Assembly: GCA_947459185.1 (NCBI GenBank)
Contig: CANHCU010000001.1
Span: 14,463-78,462, forward strand
Length of the DNA: 64,000 bases
DNA from: Planctomycetaceae bacterium
GTDB lineage: Bacteria > Planctomycetota > Planctomycetia > Pirellulales > UBA1268
Direction: 5' to 3'
Below the pieces are notes generated by a model. It searched no databases. It worked only from the letters and a program-made list of their open reading frames with translations, and had not been told where the DNA came from. Below, in pieces: positions 46,042-56,883 of the stretch; position 1 is the stretch's first letter, and the number at the start of each line of letters is the position of its first letter. A program made the position numbers and the translations under genes.

Positions 46042-46726
46042 CCTCGAGGTGATAGAGCACGCCGCCATCCATGCCGGGCGCGGCCATGGGACGGATGGCA
46101 AACCTGCCGGCGATCTTGGTGAGCCGGGACGAAAAATCAATCCCCTTGGGATGGCCGGGGTCTTTCAACTGCACGAGCACCCGATCGGTGATCTTGGGAT
46201 TGCCGCCGAAGCAGCAGTCGCCCTGATCGCGCACGAGCAGGAACTGCGTGATGCCGGTCTGCTGCTTGCCCGGATACATGTATCCCTTGAGCAGCACGTT
46301 GCGACCGTCCATCGTGCGGGCGGTGTCGGGCACCGCATCGGTCGGATCACCGGGCAACGGCTGGAGCAGGCCGTAGTTGAGACGTTCGTAGCCCTCCGGG
46401 AGTTCGGCTGCATACGCCCGCGACAGGGTGACGAGGCCGGCGATGAGCGAGACCGCCGATACCACGATCGCGCCGACGGCCAGCGGCCGTCCGGTGAACT
46501 CCTCGGGCCGCTGCGTGATCGTGCGGTAGGCCAGCGTGCCGAGCACCACGCCCAGGATCGGCACGACGACCAGCGACCAGTCGAGAAACGCCAGCGGCGA
46601 CAGGGCGGCTGCGACCGCAGCGGCAATCGCCGTGCCGGCGACGGCGCGGTAGCGGCCCTCCACCTCCTGACCATCGGCATGGTCGAGCGGTTCCTGTCCG
46701 GCGGTGTCGAAGAGACCTGCTGGCAT
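46025..46726 (-). CDS. membrane-anchored (3 TM) DUF3299 domain protein
   Basis: Three N-terminal TM helices are followed by VLLKGYMYPGKQQTGITQFLLVRDQGDCCFGGN, paralogous to the 45442 gene. Confidence 0.7.
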   Translation of the reverse strand: MPAGLFDTAGQEPLDHADGQEVEGRYRAVAGTAIAAAVAAALSPLAFLDWSLVVVPILGVVLGTLAYRTITQRPEEFTGRPLAVGAIVVSAVSLIAGLVTLSRAYAAELPEGYERLNYGLLQPLPGDPTDAVPDTARTMDGRNVLLKGYMYPGKQQTGITQFLLVRDQGDCCFGGNPKITDRVLVQLKDPGHPKGIDFSSRLTKIAGRFAIRPMAAPGMDGGVLYHLEDAFAR

Positions 46727-46738
46727 GGGCTGTGTCTG

Positions 46739-48409
46739 TTAGCGGTCGGAAGGCCCGGCTCCCGCAGCCCGCAGTCTGGACCACGAGACGACTGCGATCA
46801 GAAGCAGGACCGCGGCTCCGAGCAGCCATTTCGCAATGTCGGAGCCGCCATTGGCTGGTGGGCGAGCAGCGGCCGGCGGGAGGGTGGGGCTGGCTGCCTG
46901 CTGCTTCGAAGGGTCGATCCCGGGAGCGTTGTCGGTGGCCTCTTCGTCGGCGAGCACCGCCGGTATGCGGGACGCGATGGCCGCTTCGGCTTCGGTGGCC
47001 GGCGGGGCTGGCATGGACGGAGCCGCTCCAGTGGGGGCAGCAGCCGACGCCCGGGCCATGCTGGGATCGCCCGGATCGCCGTCGTCGTCGTTCGCACCGG
47101 TCTGGCCACTGCCTGTCGCTGTCGGAGCGGACGTGGTGTCGCCGGGCGTGGCCCCCACCGCTCCTGCAAAGGCCGCCAGCGTGGCGGCGCGGCGGACCGC
47201 CTCGGGATCGATCTTCTCAAGGGTGGCTATTGCCGCTGCCGCCTGCGGCAGCGGGCAGGCCCGCAGATAGTTCACGATCGGTTCGCGGACGAAGATGTTG
47301 TCGGCCTCGGCCTTCTCGAAGAGTTCCACGAGCCGGTCGATCACCGACCAGTCCTGCCAGCGGGCGAGATCGGCGATCACCAGATCGGCAAGCTTCGGCT
47401 CCGCCAGAAGCAGCCGCAGCGACGCGAGCACGCGTTCCCGCGGCACGCTCTGCGACTCCTCACCGAGAAATCGCAGCGCCATCACCGCGGCATAGGTTTC
47501 AGTGAAGGGAATCTCGCGGCCGCGACGGTTCAGGAAGAGTTCATCGATCAGGTCGAGCCCGTCGGGCCCCTTGAGCGTGACATAACACGCGATCAGAGCA
47601 TCCAGACCACTGCGAACCTCCGCCTTCTCCGGGCCGAGGTCCTGATTGGCGAGGATCGCACCAATGCGTTCGGCGTCGGCCTTGGTGCCGCAGACGCCGA
47701 GCATGGTGGCATAGAGCCGGCGGCGGTTGGCCTGCACCTTGGGGTTCTCGATCCATCCGAGCAGTTGCGTCGGATCCATCCGGTCAGCCAGACCGCGAAC
47801 GTCGGCGTAGGGAGCGACGGCAAACTCGTCATAGGCATCGCGGGCCAGCGTCTCGTCGGGGTCTTCGAGGTGCTGTTGAAAGAAGGCCAGGCGATCGGGC
47901 CCCTTCTCGGGAAGCGTGGAAAGTTTTCGGAGGTATTGGACGGCCCGCTCGCTGACCGGGATCGGACTCGACCAGACGATCTTCGGAGGCTCGATGCCCA
48001 TGAGCAGGAAGAGCGTGCCCACCGGCTTCTCCTCCAGCAGGATCGTTTCGATCGGCGTGCCGTCAGCACCCGCGTGCCCGGCCTCGGCGATCAGGTCGCC
48101 CCCCTTGATCGCCTCGACGACGACGAATTTGCCCTTGGGCAGCGGCCCCTCGGCACGCGGTGACAAGGCCCCCGCCGGCGGCGGCTCCACGAGCCGGACG
48201 ATCGCGGCTGCCTGGCTCTGCGCGATCTCCTGGGCGAACGTGAGCGACACGGCCGAACAGAATGGGCAGGCCTGCGCCTGCTGTGCCGGTCCGATGAGGA
48301 GCCCGATCCCCAGCAGGGCCACGATCCAGTGTCGGAAGAGCATGTTTCGCATGAGCCTCATTCTAGCGGCAAACATGCCGCCAACGCACGGCGTCAGGAC
48401 GACAGCCAT
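46739..48409 (-). CDS. exported CPFC-motif helical-repeat protein with Pro/Ala-rich linker and C-terminal TM anchor
   Basis: Signal ...HWIVALLGIGLLIGPAQQAQA then CPFC. A helical-repeat-like body follows, with a C-terminal WLLGAAVLLLIAVVSW anchor. The start is ambiguous (ATGs at 48409, 48376, 48361, 48352, 48343). The antisense ORF 46049..48163 is rejected. Confidence 0.65.
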   Translation of the reverse strand: MAVVLTPCVGGMFAARMRLMRNMLFRHWIVALLGIGLLIGPAQQAQACPFCSAVSLTFAQEIAQSQAAAIVRLVEPPPAGALSPRAEGPLPKGKFVVVEAIKGGDLIAEAGHAGADGTPIETILLEEKPVGTLFLLMGIEPPKIVWSSPIPVSERAVQYLRKLSTLPEKGPDRLAFFQQHLEDPDETLARDAYDEFAVAPYADVRGLADRMDPTQLLGWIENPKVQANRRRLYATMLGVCGTKADAERIGAILANQDLGPEKAEVRSGLDALIACYVTLKGPDGLDLIDELFLNRRGREIPFTETYAAVMALRFLGEESQSVPRERVLASLRLLLAEPKLADLVIADLARWQDWSVIDRLVELFEKAEADNIFVREPIVNYLRACPLPQAAAAIATLEKIDPEAVRRAATLAAFAGAVGATPGDTTSAPTATGSGQTGANDDDGDPGDPSMARASAAAPTGAAPSMPAPPATEAEAAIASRIPAVLADEEATDNAPGIDPSKQQAASPTLPPAAARPPANGGSDIAKWLLGAAVLLLIAVVSWSRLRAAGAGPSDR

Positions 48410-49740
48410 TTGGCGACGTCGGTGCGGTAGGCGGTCAGGGCGGGAATCAGGGCCGCCAGGATGGCCAGCACCACCAGGAACGGCACCAGGAGCAGTTCCG
48501 CCCCCGGGGCCGCCGAGAAGATGCTCGCGGAGACGCCGGCGTTGGTCGTGATCAGCGGGGCGATCGCCCCCACGAGCAGGTGCCCAAGCACCCAGCCGGC
48601 GAGCCCGCCGCCGACAGCCAGTAGCACCGCCTCGATCAGCACGACGGCGAGCACGTGCGACCGCCGGGCCCCGAGCGCCCGCATGATGGCGACGTCGCGG
48701 CTGCGTTCCAGCGACGAGCCCACCATGCTCACGAGGATGCCGATCGCCGAAACGATCACGACGAGCGTCGTCACCAGAAGCAGGAGCAGTTCGAGCGGCC
48801 GCACAAACAGGTCGAGCAGCTGGCGGATCTCGGCGATCGGCAGGGCGGCCTGCCCGTCGCGGCCCTCGTTGATCGCGGTCCGCAGGCCCATCGCCATCAG
48901 CTCCGGCGGCAAGCCCGGCAGAGAGGCTGTATCGAGCAAAAGCGCGGTCACCTCCCGCTGCGCGAATGGCAGCGGCACCGGCCCCTTGGTGCCGTGGTCA
49001 TGTGAGCCATCGGCATCCTTTCCACCTGCTGCGTTCGGGCTTCCGTTCTCCGCTCCCTCCACCGGCTTCGCGTGTCCGTCCTGGAGATAAAACCCCTCCA
49101 TGTTGACGAACACACCTCGATCGACGGGCGTGTCGGTGCGGGCCAGGATGCCGGTCACCGTGAACGGATCATGCACCTTGCCATCGTCGGCACCATGCGT
49201 GGGGGCGAATGGATCACCCGGCTTGAGACCGAGCTTGGCGGCCACCGTCGCCCCCAGCACGCCGCCGAAGAATTCGTCATCCCGAAAGTTCCGGCCGGCG
49301 GAAAAAGCGAAGGGCCGGCCGTCGCCGATCGTGAGCCGGTCGAAGTAGGCCGTGTTGGTGCCGATCACGCGAAACCCGCGGTAGTAGTCCCCCATGCAGA
49401 TCGGCACGGCGGTCTTCGTGCTGGCGGCGAATGTGCCGTCCACGCCGTCGGGCCGTTCGGCCGCGGGCAGGAACTGCTGGTAGAAGTCCCAGGAGATGTT
49501 TTCGATCGGCTTGCTGATGAGATAGACGCTGTTGAGCACCAGTTGGAGCGGGCTCCCCTTCGCGCCGACGATCATGTTGTAGCCCAGGCCGGAGCCAGAC
49601 TCGAACGCCTGCTTCACGATGCCGCCGGTCACGAGCGTGGCCACGACGAGCGCCACGCCGAGTGCCAGGGAGAGGGCGGTGAGCAGGCTGGTGAGCAGCC
49701 GCTGCCGGATGTTGCGCCAGGCGATGCCGAGAAGGGTCAT
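48394..49740 (-). CDS. ABC transporter permease, FtsX/MacB-like (4 TM with large periplasmic domain)
   Basis: One TM helix, a ~250-aa periplasmic domain and a C-terminal FtsX-type 3-TM bundle (MRALGARRSHVLAVVLIEA). The ATG overlaps the ATPase stop (ATGA). Confidence 0.85.
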   Translation of the reverse strand: MTLLGIAWRNIRQRLLTSLLTALSLALGVALVVATLVTGGIVKQAFESGSGLGYNMIVGAKGSPLQLVLNSVYLISKPIENISWDFYQQFLPAAERPDGVDGTFAASTKTAVPICMGDYYRGFRVIGTNTAYFDRLTIGDGRPFAFSAGRNFRDDEFFGGVLGATVAAKLGLKPGDPFAPTHGADDGKVHDPFTVTGILARTDTPVDRGVFVNMEGFYLQDGHAKPVEGAENGSPNAAGGKDADGSHDHGTKGPVPLPFAQREVTALLLDTASLPGLPPELMAMGLRTAINEGRDGQAALPIAEIRQLLDLFVRPLELLLLLVTTLVVIVSAIGILVSMVGSSLERSRDVAIMRALGARRSHVLAVVLIEAVLLAVGGGLAGWVLGHLLVGAIAPLITTNAGVSASIFSAAPGAELLLVPFLVVLAILAALIPALTAYRTDVAKWLSS

Positions 49741-50426
49741 GAGCCATGCCCCGTGGCTGCGCGGTTGAAGTCTTCGAGGCGGATGCGACGAGGAAACTGC
49801 CCGGCGACGTCGGCGGCATGCGTCACGACCAGGAGCGCCACCCCCTGCTCGGTGCAGGTGGTCCGCAGGAGGTCGATCACCTGCTGCTGGTGGGCGGGAT
49901 CGATGCTGGCGGTGGGTTCGTCGGCGAGCACCGCCCGGGGCCGGTTGGCGAGTGCCCGGGCCACGGCTACCCGCTGCTGCTGCCCGACGCTCAGTTCGGC
50001 CGGCTTGTGGTCGAGCCTGTGGCCAAGCCCCACGGCGTCGAGGAGCCGCATCGCCCGCCCGCGGTCGGGGCGGCCCGAGCCGAACGTCATCGCCACGAGC
50101 ACGTTCTCGATCGCTGTGAACCCCGGGAGCAGGTTGAACTGTTGAAAGACGAGGCCGAGCTTGTCGGCCCGCACGCGGTCGCGGCGGGCCTCGTCGAGCC
50201 GGGCGATGTCCTTGCCGTCGATGATCACCCGGCCGGCGTCGGGCCGCATGATCCCGGAGATCACATTGAGCAGCGTTGACTTCCCGGAGCCGCTGCGGCC
50301 CTCCAGGGCGCAGTGTTCGTCCGCGGCGAGCTGGAACGAGTCGATGTCGAGGATGCTCACCTGCTCGCCGCCGGGCATCGTGAACGACTTGCGGACGCCG
50401 ATGAGTTCGAGAACGGGTGTGGCCAT
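49737..50426 (-). CDS. ABC transporter ATP-binding protein (MacB/LolD-like)
   Basis: Walker A GRSGSGKSTLLN, signature LSVGQQQRVAVARAL, Walker B VLADEPT. Confidence 0.9.
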   Translation of the reverse strand: MATPVLELIGVRKSFTMPGGEQVSILDIDSFQLAADEHCALEGRSGSGKSTLLNVISGIMRPDAGRVIIDGKDIARLDEARRDRVRADKLGLVFQQFNLLPGFTAIENVLVAMTFGSGRPDRGRAMRLLDAVGLGHRLDHKPAELSVGQQQRVAVARALANRPRAVLADEPTASIDPAHQQQVIDLLRTTCTEQGVALLVVTHAADVAGQFPRRIRLEDFNRAATGHGS

Positions 50427-50602
50427 GGACGGTATCGTATCCGGTGGGGGCGGTCGGTGGTCAAAAACGGGCGTTTTCGTCCGCCGATTGAGCGGCTGGA
50501 GCGCCGCGGTGTATATTCCGCCGCCCCCCTTGGAGCAGCCGCCCGACCGCAGTGTCGCGGGGCGGCAGCGCTCGTTCGACGTCCCGCCTCAGGAGATTCG
50601 CC

Positions 50603-51619
<1,017 letters not shown>

Positions 51620-51640
51620 GCCTGATCGTCAAGCGTCTCG

Positions 51641-52744
51641 TTACGGGGCGTCGCCGGACTGCTGCTGTGGCTTTACCGCCACGGTGCAGTCGGTCTGGAA
51701 TGCCGCGGCTTCGAAGGTGGTGAGCGCCACCTGCACCCGCACGTGTTCCCCTCGGGGCAGCGGCCCCGGCCACCGGAGCACGAAGTGCAGGCCGCGGTTG
51801 CGCGTCGTGCGTCGGAAGTGGCCGATCGCCTCGCGGGCGGGAATATCCCAGCGTGCCACCGGCCCCTCACCGGTCGGCCCGCCTGGATCAAAGACCGAGA
51901 TCGACACATCGCCAGCCGCGGGAACGAGTCGCTCATCACCGTCCCGCGGCTCGATGACGATGACCAGTCCATCACTGATGCCGTCACCATCCCCATCGAA
52001 GCAGGCGGTTCGTGCCGAGTTGACGACCAGGTGCGAAATGCGACCGGAGTCGGCGAGGCTTTCCTCGTGAGAGAGTTGGCGGCCCGTCGGCGGCTCCGCG
52101 GCCGGATCGGCCCACGGAGTGATCGGCCGCGCCGCGGCGTCGATCGCCATCGGGGCGGGAGCAGCGACGCCGGCATCGGCCGTGGCCACCGCAGCCGCCG
52201 CCGGCGTCGGCGCGGCCGACGACGACCGGCCCGGGGCCCCGCTGCCGGGAAACCGCGGTTCGGCTGGCAGCGGCGGGATGCCGTCGAGTTTCGGAGGGGC
52301 TACCGTACCCGGCGCAGGCAGGCTGGCCGGAGGCGGAGTCATGGATCCACCGGCCGGTGGCCGGACGCCGGGGATGTCGATTGCTGGCGGTGCGAGGAGG
52401 GGCTGGCCCGGCCCGCTGCGGGCTGCCGGGGCCGGCTGACCGGCCGGCAGGCTGAGCCCACGACGAGGGGCGGGCGCATCGGACTCGGCGAACCCGAGCT
52501 GTTTCTTCAGGCTCGAGTTCTCCCCGGCCGTCCGCTCCAGCCGGGCACATTTGTCCTGCAGTTCGTCCTGCAACTGATAGATCTGATCCTCCTGCATCCG
52601 CAGTTCGCGCTCGAGCAGTTGCTGGCTGAGGTCGCTCCTGCAGCCCAGGCAGCAAAGCACCACGCCCATCATCGCAAAGATGGGACTGAAACGCGGGAAG
52701 AGCTCCGCGAAAACGGCAGCGGTCAGGCCTCTGAACCGTGTCAT
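51641..52744 (-). CDS. lipoprotein with coiled-coil and Pro-rich regions, function unknown
   Basis: Lipobox VVLCCLGC, heptad-like LLERELRMQEDQIYQLQDELQDK, a long Pro/Ala-rich linker, and a C-terminal beta-rich domain with a DGDGDGISDG motif. Confidence 0.55.
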   Translation of the reverse strand: MTRFRGLTAAVFAELFPRFSPIFAMMGVVLCCLGCRSDLSQQLLERELRMQEDQIYQLQDELQDKCARLERTAGENSSLKKQLGFAESDAPAPRRGLSLPAGQPAPAARSGPGQPLLAPPAIDIPGVRPPAGGSMTPPPASLPAPGTVAPPKLDGIPPLPAEPRFPGSGAPGRSSSAAPTPAAAAVATADAGVAAPAPMAIDAAARPITPWADPAAEPPTGRQLSHEESLADSGRISHLVVNSARTACFDGDGDGISDGLVIVIEPRDGDERLVPAAGDVSISVFDPGGPTGEGPVARWDIPAREAIGHFRRTTRNRGLHFVLRWPGPLPRGEHVRVQVALTTFEAAAFQTDCTVAVKPQQQSGDAP

Positions 52745-52827
52745 GACGCGCCTCCTTGCGCCTCATTCCTGGGTCTCATTGCGGCCCATCACGGGCCGCC
52801 ACCATCCGATCACTGTTCCGTCAGACG

Positions 52828-53430
52828 TCAGCCGACTGCCTTGTCGGTCGGCATGCGGTCGATCACCTCGTCGATCAGCTTGTATTCGAGCGCCTCCTGC
52901 GCCGACATGAAGCGATCGCGATCCGTGTCCTGCTCGATCTTTTCCAGGGGATGCCCCGTGTGCTTGAGCAGGATCGCGTTGAGCTTGTGCTTGATGTTCT
53001 TGAACTCCTTGGCATGGATCATGATCTCCTCTGCCGTGCCCTCCATGCCCGCCAGCGGCTGGTGGATCATGATCCGCGCGTTGGGCAGCGCTCGACGCTT
53101 CCCCTGCGCGCCGGCGGTGAGCAGCACCGCGCCCATCGACGCGCACTGGCCGATGCAGTAGGTGGCGACGTCGCAGGTCACGAACTGCATCGTGTCGTAG
53201 ATGGCAAGGCCGGCCGTGACGCTGCCGCCAGGAGAGTTGATGTAGAGGTGAATGTCTGACTTCGGGTCATCGGACTGGAGAAAAAGCAACTGGGCAACGA
53301 TGGCATTGGCCACCTCGTCGTTGACCTGCGAGCCGAGAAAGACGATGCGATCCTTCAGCAAGCGGCTGTAGATGTCCATCGCCCGCTCTTCGCGGCCACT
53401 CTTTTCGATGACGAACGGGATCAGCGGCAT
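52828..53430 (-). CDS. clpP: ATP-dependent Clp protease proteolytic subunit
   Basis: [33 protein letters not shown]. Ser (GQCASMGA), His (MIHQP) and Asp (DTDRDRF) triad. Confidence 0.95.
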   Translation of the reverse strand: MPLIPFVIEKSGREERAMDIYSRLLKDRIVFLGSQVNDEVANAIVAQLLFLQSDDPKSDIHLYINSPGGSVTAGLAIYDTMQFVTCDVATYCIGQCASMGAVLLTAGAQGKRRALPNARIMIHQPLAGMEGTAEEIMIHAKEFKNIKHKLNAILLKHTGHPLEKIEQDTDRDRFMSAQEALEYKLIDEVIDRMPTDKAVG

Positions 53431-53512
53431 GGGGGCTTCTCGGCGGGGGCTGGAACGGGGAGGGGGAAGAGGACGGGCCGGATCGGCCCGGGTTGGGACC
53501 GGGATCGGAAGG

Positions 53513-54169
53513 CTAGTCCTTGCTGTCGTCTTCCGCCGCTACCGGCGGCTTGGTGAGCACGTCATCGACCAAGCCATACTCCTTGGCCTCGGTGGCTGTG
53601 AGATAGCGGTCGCGATCAGTATCTTTGGCGATGCGGTCGATGGGCTGGCCGGTGTGCTGGGCCAGGATCTCATTGAGGATCGCGCGAGTCTTGATGATCT
53701 CGTCGGCCTGGATTTCGATGTCACTCACCTGCCCGCCGACCTGGCCGTAGGGCTGGTGGATCATCACCTTCGCGTGGGGCAGGGCGAATCGTTTCCCCTT
53801 CGCTCCGCCGGCGAGCAGAACGGCGCCGCCGCTGGCCGCGAGCCCCACGCAGTAGGTTGCGACCTGGCAGGAGAGAATCTGCATCGTGTCGTAGATCGCC
53901 ATCGTGGCCGTCACGCTGCCACCGGGCGAGTTGATGTAGAAGTGAATGTCCTTGCGGCGGTTTTCGCTCTGCAGGTAGAGCAGTTTCATCACCAGTTCGT
54001 TGGCGTTGCCGTCGTAGATCTCCCCCTGCAACAGGATGATCCTGTTCTCCAGCAGGAGGTCGCCCAGCGTCATCTGCCGCTGCCGTTGGTAGTCGCGTGA
54101 GGCGCTCGAGGCCTGCGGACTGGAGGCCTCCGGAACACTGGCCCGCGGAACGAAGGAACGATTCAACAT
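53513..54169 (-). CDS. clpP: ATP-dependent Clp protease proteolytic subunit, second paralogue with N-terminal extension
   Basis: ATG 54169. [31 protein letters not shown]. The triad is retained ([20 protein letters not shown]). Confidence 0.9.
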   Translation of the reverse strand: MLNRSFVPRASVPEASSPQASSASRDYQRQRQMTLGDLLLENRIILLQGEIYDGNANELVMKLLYLQSENRRKDIHFYINSPGGSVTATMAIYDTMQILSCQVATYCVGLAASGGAVLLAGGAKGKRFALPHAKVMIHQPYGQVGGQVSDIEIQADEIIKTRAILNEILAQHTGQPIDRIAKDTDRDRYLTATEAKEYGLVDDVLTKPPVAAEDDSKD

Positions 54170-54275
54170 GTCAGGTCTCGGTTGGGCTGTGAAAATCGGC
54201 GGTGGTTGGTGACACGATGCCGGGGTGACACGGTGTTCGACGGCAGAGGGTGGATGCAGGCATCCGGCCCGCAAC

Positions 54276-55772
54276 TCACGACCGCCGCGGGCTGCCGGCA
54301 TCCGGCTGGGTGGCGGTCGGGATTTCCTCCTCGCCGACGACGGAGCCGCAGACCGCATGGTCCACCGCCTCGGCATCGCGTTTCTGGAACTCGAACGGGG
54401 TGTCGGTGAACTTCGCGTGGGACGTGATCAGGTCGATGGTCTTCCGCTCGATGATCTGGTTGCGGAGCACGTCCATCAACCCACGCTTCTCGAGGTTGGC
54501 CCGCACGCGACGCGGCGACTCGCCCGACTGAGCGGCAATGGCACGAATCTCCTCGTCGTAGTCGGCCGCGGCATCGGCGATCGACTGGTCTTCGGCGATC
54601 CGCTCCAGGATGAAGTGCTCCTTGAGGGCCGCGGCCGTGCTGCCCATGACCGACTGCCGCAGTTCGTTGACGTGCCGCCGGATGGAATCGTCATCGAAGC
54701 CACTCCGCCGCAGTTCAAGAATCGACCGCTCCAGTTCCCGGAGGCTCTGGCGACGGAGCAGATCCGGGGGCAGGTCCCAGCTGGCCGAGGCCGTCAGCGC
54801 GCTCGACACCTGCTGCCGCACCTGCCGTCGGCGGTGCCATTCGAGCTGGTTTTCGAGCTGCTTTCGCACGGCCGCCCGCAGGTCATCCGGCGACTCGAAC
54901 GAGCCGATTTCATCGAGCAGTTCGGGCGTAAGCTCCGGCAGTTCGAGGTGCTTGACATCCACAACAGTCAGTTCGAGCGTGACATCCTTGCCGCGGAGCG
55001 ACTCGACGGCCGCCTCGTCCGAGACCTTGATCGTGGCGGTCACCGGCGTGCCGGTGCGGGCCTTGGCGACGAGCTTGTCAAAGCCTTCCAGTTCGGCGTC
55101 GGCAAAGGAGAGCTTCGGCCGCACGATCAACTCGAGATCGGTGGCCTCCGAGAGCAACGTGTCTCCGTCGAGAAACCGCAGGTTGGCCACGATCAGGTCA
55201 CCTGGCTTGGCCGAGCCTTCGTGGGGTACGAACCTCGCCCGTTCCCGCAGGAGGTTGGTGAGCGACTCTTCCACGTCGTCGTCCGAGATCGTGCGGGAGG
55301 GCCGCCGGATCGACAGACCCTTCCATTCGGGCAGGTCGAACTCCGGTCGCACCTCGATCTTGAACTCGAACGTCATCGGCCCATCAGCCGGCACCAAGAC
55401 CGCATTGACGTCGAGTTCGGGTTCGCTGATGGGGGAGAGTTTCTCCTGCTCCGACACCTGCGTCATGGCGTCGGCCAGCAGTTTGCTGCGGATCTGGTCG
55501 GAAAGCTCCGACTTGAAGCGGCTGCTCACGAGCCGCCGCGGGGCGCGGCCGGGCCGGAATCCGGGCAGCATCGCGGCGGGCATCATTTCGCCGATCGCAT
55601 CGTCGCGGTAGCGGTCGATGTCTTCACGCGGGATCGAAACCCGCACGCGTCGCTCGCAGGCCGAGAGTTTGTCGATGGCAACACCGAGTTTCAGGGCCAC
55701 AACGGCCGCATCGTCGCCAGCGGAATCAGGAGTTGCCAAGGCGGTCGCGGATGGATCACTGGAAGAAGACAT
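54276..55772 (-). CDS. tig: trigger factor
   Basis: 498 aa with N-terminal ribosome-binding, central PPIase-like and C-terminal arm architecture, placed directly upstream of clpP as in many bacteria. The antisense ORF 54225..55982 is rejected. Confidence 0.9.
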   Translation of the reverse strand: MSSSSDPSATALATPDSAGDDAAVVALKLGVAIDKLSACERRVRVSIPREDIDRYRDDAIGEMMPAAMLPGFRPGRAPRRLVSSRFKSELSDQIRSKLLADAMTQVSEQEKLSPISEPELDVNAVLVPADGPMTFEFKIEVRPEFDLPEWKGLSIRRPSRTISDDDVEESLTNLLRERARFVPHEGSAKPGDLIVANLRFLDGDTLLSEATDLELIVRPKLSFADAELEGFDKLVAKARTGTPVTATIKVSDEAAVESLRGKDVTLELTVVDVKHLELPELTPELLDEIGSFESPDDLRAAVRKQLENQLEWHRRRQVRQQVSSALTASASWDLPPDLLRRQSLRELERSILELRRSGFDDDSIRRHVNELRQSVMGSTAAALKEHFILERIAEDQSIADAAADYDEEIRAIAAQSGESPRRVRANLEKRGLMDVLRNQIIERKTIDLITSHAKFTDTPFEFQKRDAEAVDHAVCGSVVGEEEIPTATQPDAGSPRRS

Positions 55773-55920
55773 GGCTGGTTCCGACGGGAGCGGGAGAGCT
55801 GTGCAAAAACGGGCGAACGACGATCGCTCGCAGCAGATTCGACCTACCCCGCACCGACTTCTCGAGGAGGTCGAACAGGGACAGTGCCGTCTGGCCGGCT
55901 GGAATGGGAAAAAAACGGAG

Positions 55921-55993
55921 AGCGGGTGATGAGATTCGAACTCACGACAACCACGTTGGCAACGTGGTGCTCTACCAACTGAGCTACACCCGC
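55921..55993 (-). tRNA. tRNA-Gly (anticodon GCC)
   Basis: The reverse complement folds as a cloverleaf: acceptor GCGGGTG/CACCCGC, D arm GCTC-AGTTGGTA-GAGC, anticodon arm CCACG-TTGCCAA-CGTGG, T arm GTGAG-TTCGAAT-CTCAT. CCA is not encoded. Confidence 0.85.
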
Positions 55994-56253
55994 ACGACTG
56001 TGCCTCGACGATCTCGCGACGTCCAAAAATCGGGACGGACTCGAGTTGTCTAGGAACGCCGGATTATAAGGGCCCCGGAAGTGGCCGCAAGGTCATCCTC
56101 TGGGGAAACCGGGTTTCCTGGGGGGGATGGGAGGTTGCGTTTGGAAACCACCGTCGCCGGATTACGATTTCTCGTGACGCTTGAATCAGGCATTTTTGGT
56201 CGCCAGTTCACGCCGCGGCATTCAGCACCCCTCCGTTGACATCGTCGTTGGTC

Positions 56254-56772
56254 ATGGTCGTTCGCTTTGAAGTCGTCGCCCCCGTCGCCAAGAAGCGGAC
56301 ATTTACCGTGCGGCTGCCGATCCTGCTCGGCCGCGGCGAAGAGGCGAAGTTTCGGATCCAGCACGATCTGGTCAGCCGCAGGCACTGCGAGTTTTTCGAG
56401 CGGCATGGGCAGGTGTGCGTCCGTGATCTGGGGTCTACCAACGGCACGTTCCTCAACGACGAGCAGGTACCTGCGAGCACCAAGACCGTCGTTCCCCCCG
56501 GCGGCGTCGTGCGAGTGGGCGGACTTTCCTTCGCGGTGGAGTATCAGCCGCTGACGGCCCCCGACGCCCCCGCGGTTGGCGAGGACCATCGCCATCAGGA
56601 TGGCACTGGTACGGCAGAGAGCCGCGTGGAGGGGAGCAACGAGTCTCCCTCGGAAGAGCAAACTGACTTCCAGGTGATGCACGAAGAGGAAGAATCCCCT
56701 CCGGCTCCCGGGGACGTGGCGGATGTCTCCGACGATGATCAGCTCAACAGCTTCTTCAAGAGCCTCAAGTAG
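56254..56772 (+). CDS. FHA domain-containing protein with acidic C-terminal tail
   Basis: LGRGEEAKFRIQHDLVSRRHCEFFERHGQVCVRDLGSTNGTFLN carries the FHA G-R...S-x-x-H...N-G signature. Confidence 0.8.
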   Translation: MVVRFEVVAPVAKKRTFTVRLPILLGRGEEAKFRIQHDLVSRRHCEFFERHGQVCVRDLGSTNGTFLNDEQVPASTKTVVPPGGVVRVGGLSFAVEYQPLTAPDAPAVGEDHRHQDGTGTAESRVEGSNESPSEEQTDFQVMHEEEESPPAPGDVADVSDDDQLNSFFKSLK

Positions 56773-56783
56773 CGGGCGGAAAC

Positions 56784-56856
56784 GTCCCTCGCTTGCGCGT
56801 CGGGCTTGGATGGGAGCTGGGCGGATTCCCTCGCTTGCGCGTCGGGCTTGGATGGG
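56784..56856. repeat. intergenic repeat locus J (two direct type1-variant units, 41-nt period)
   Basis: GTCCCTCGCTTGCGCGTCGGGCTTGGATGGG at 56784-56814 and ATTCCCTCGCTTGCGCGTCGGGCTTGGATGGG at 56825-56856, between the convergent FHA gene and the 56884 gene. Confidence 0.9.
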
Positions 56857-56883
56857 AGCGACGCGGCTTCTGCGCTCGTCGGT

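Noticed and set aside
46049-48163. 704-aa ORF on the plus strand
   Set aside because: It is antisense to the DUF3299 and CPFC genes, which have signal peptides, paralogues and operon-like packing. The product is extremely Arg/Gly-rich and low in complexity.
54225-55982. 585-aa ORF on the plus strand
   Set aside because: It is antisense to trigger factor and runs across the tRNA-Gly gene. It has no family features.
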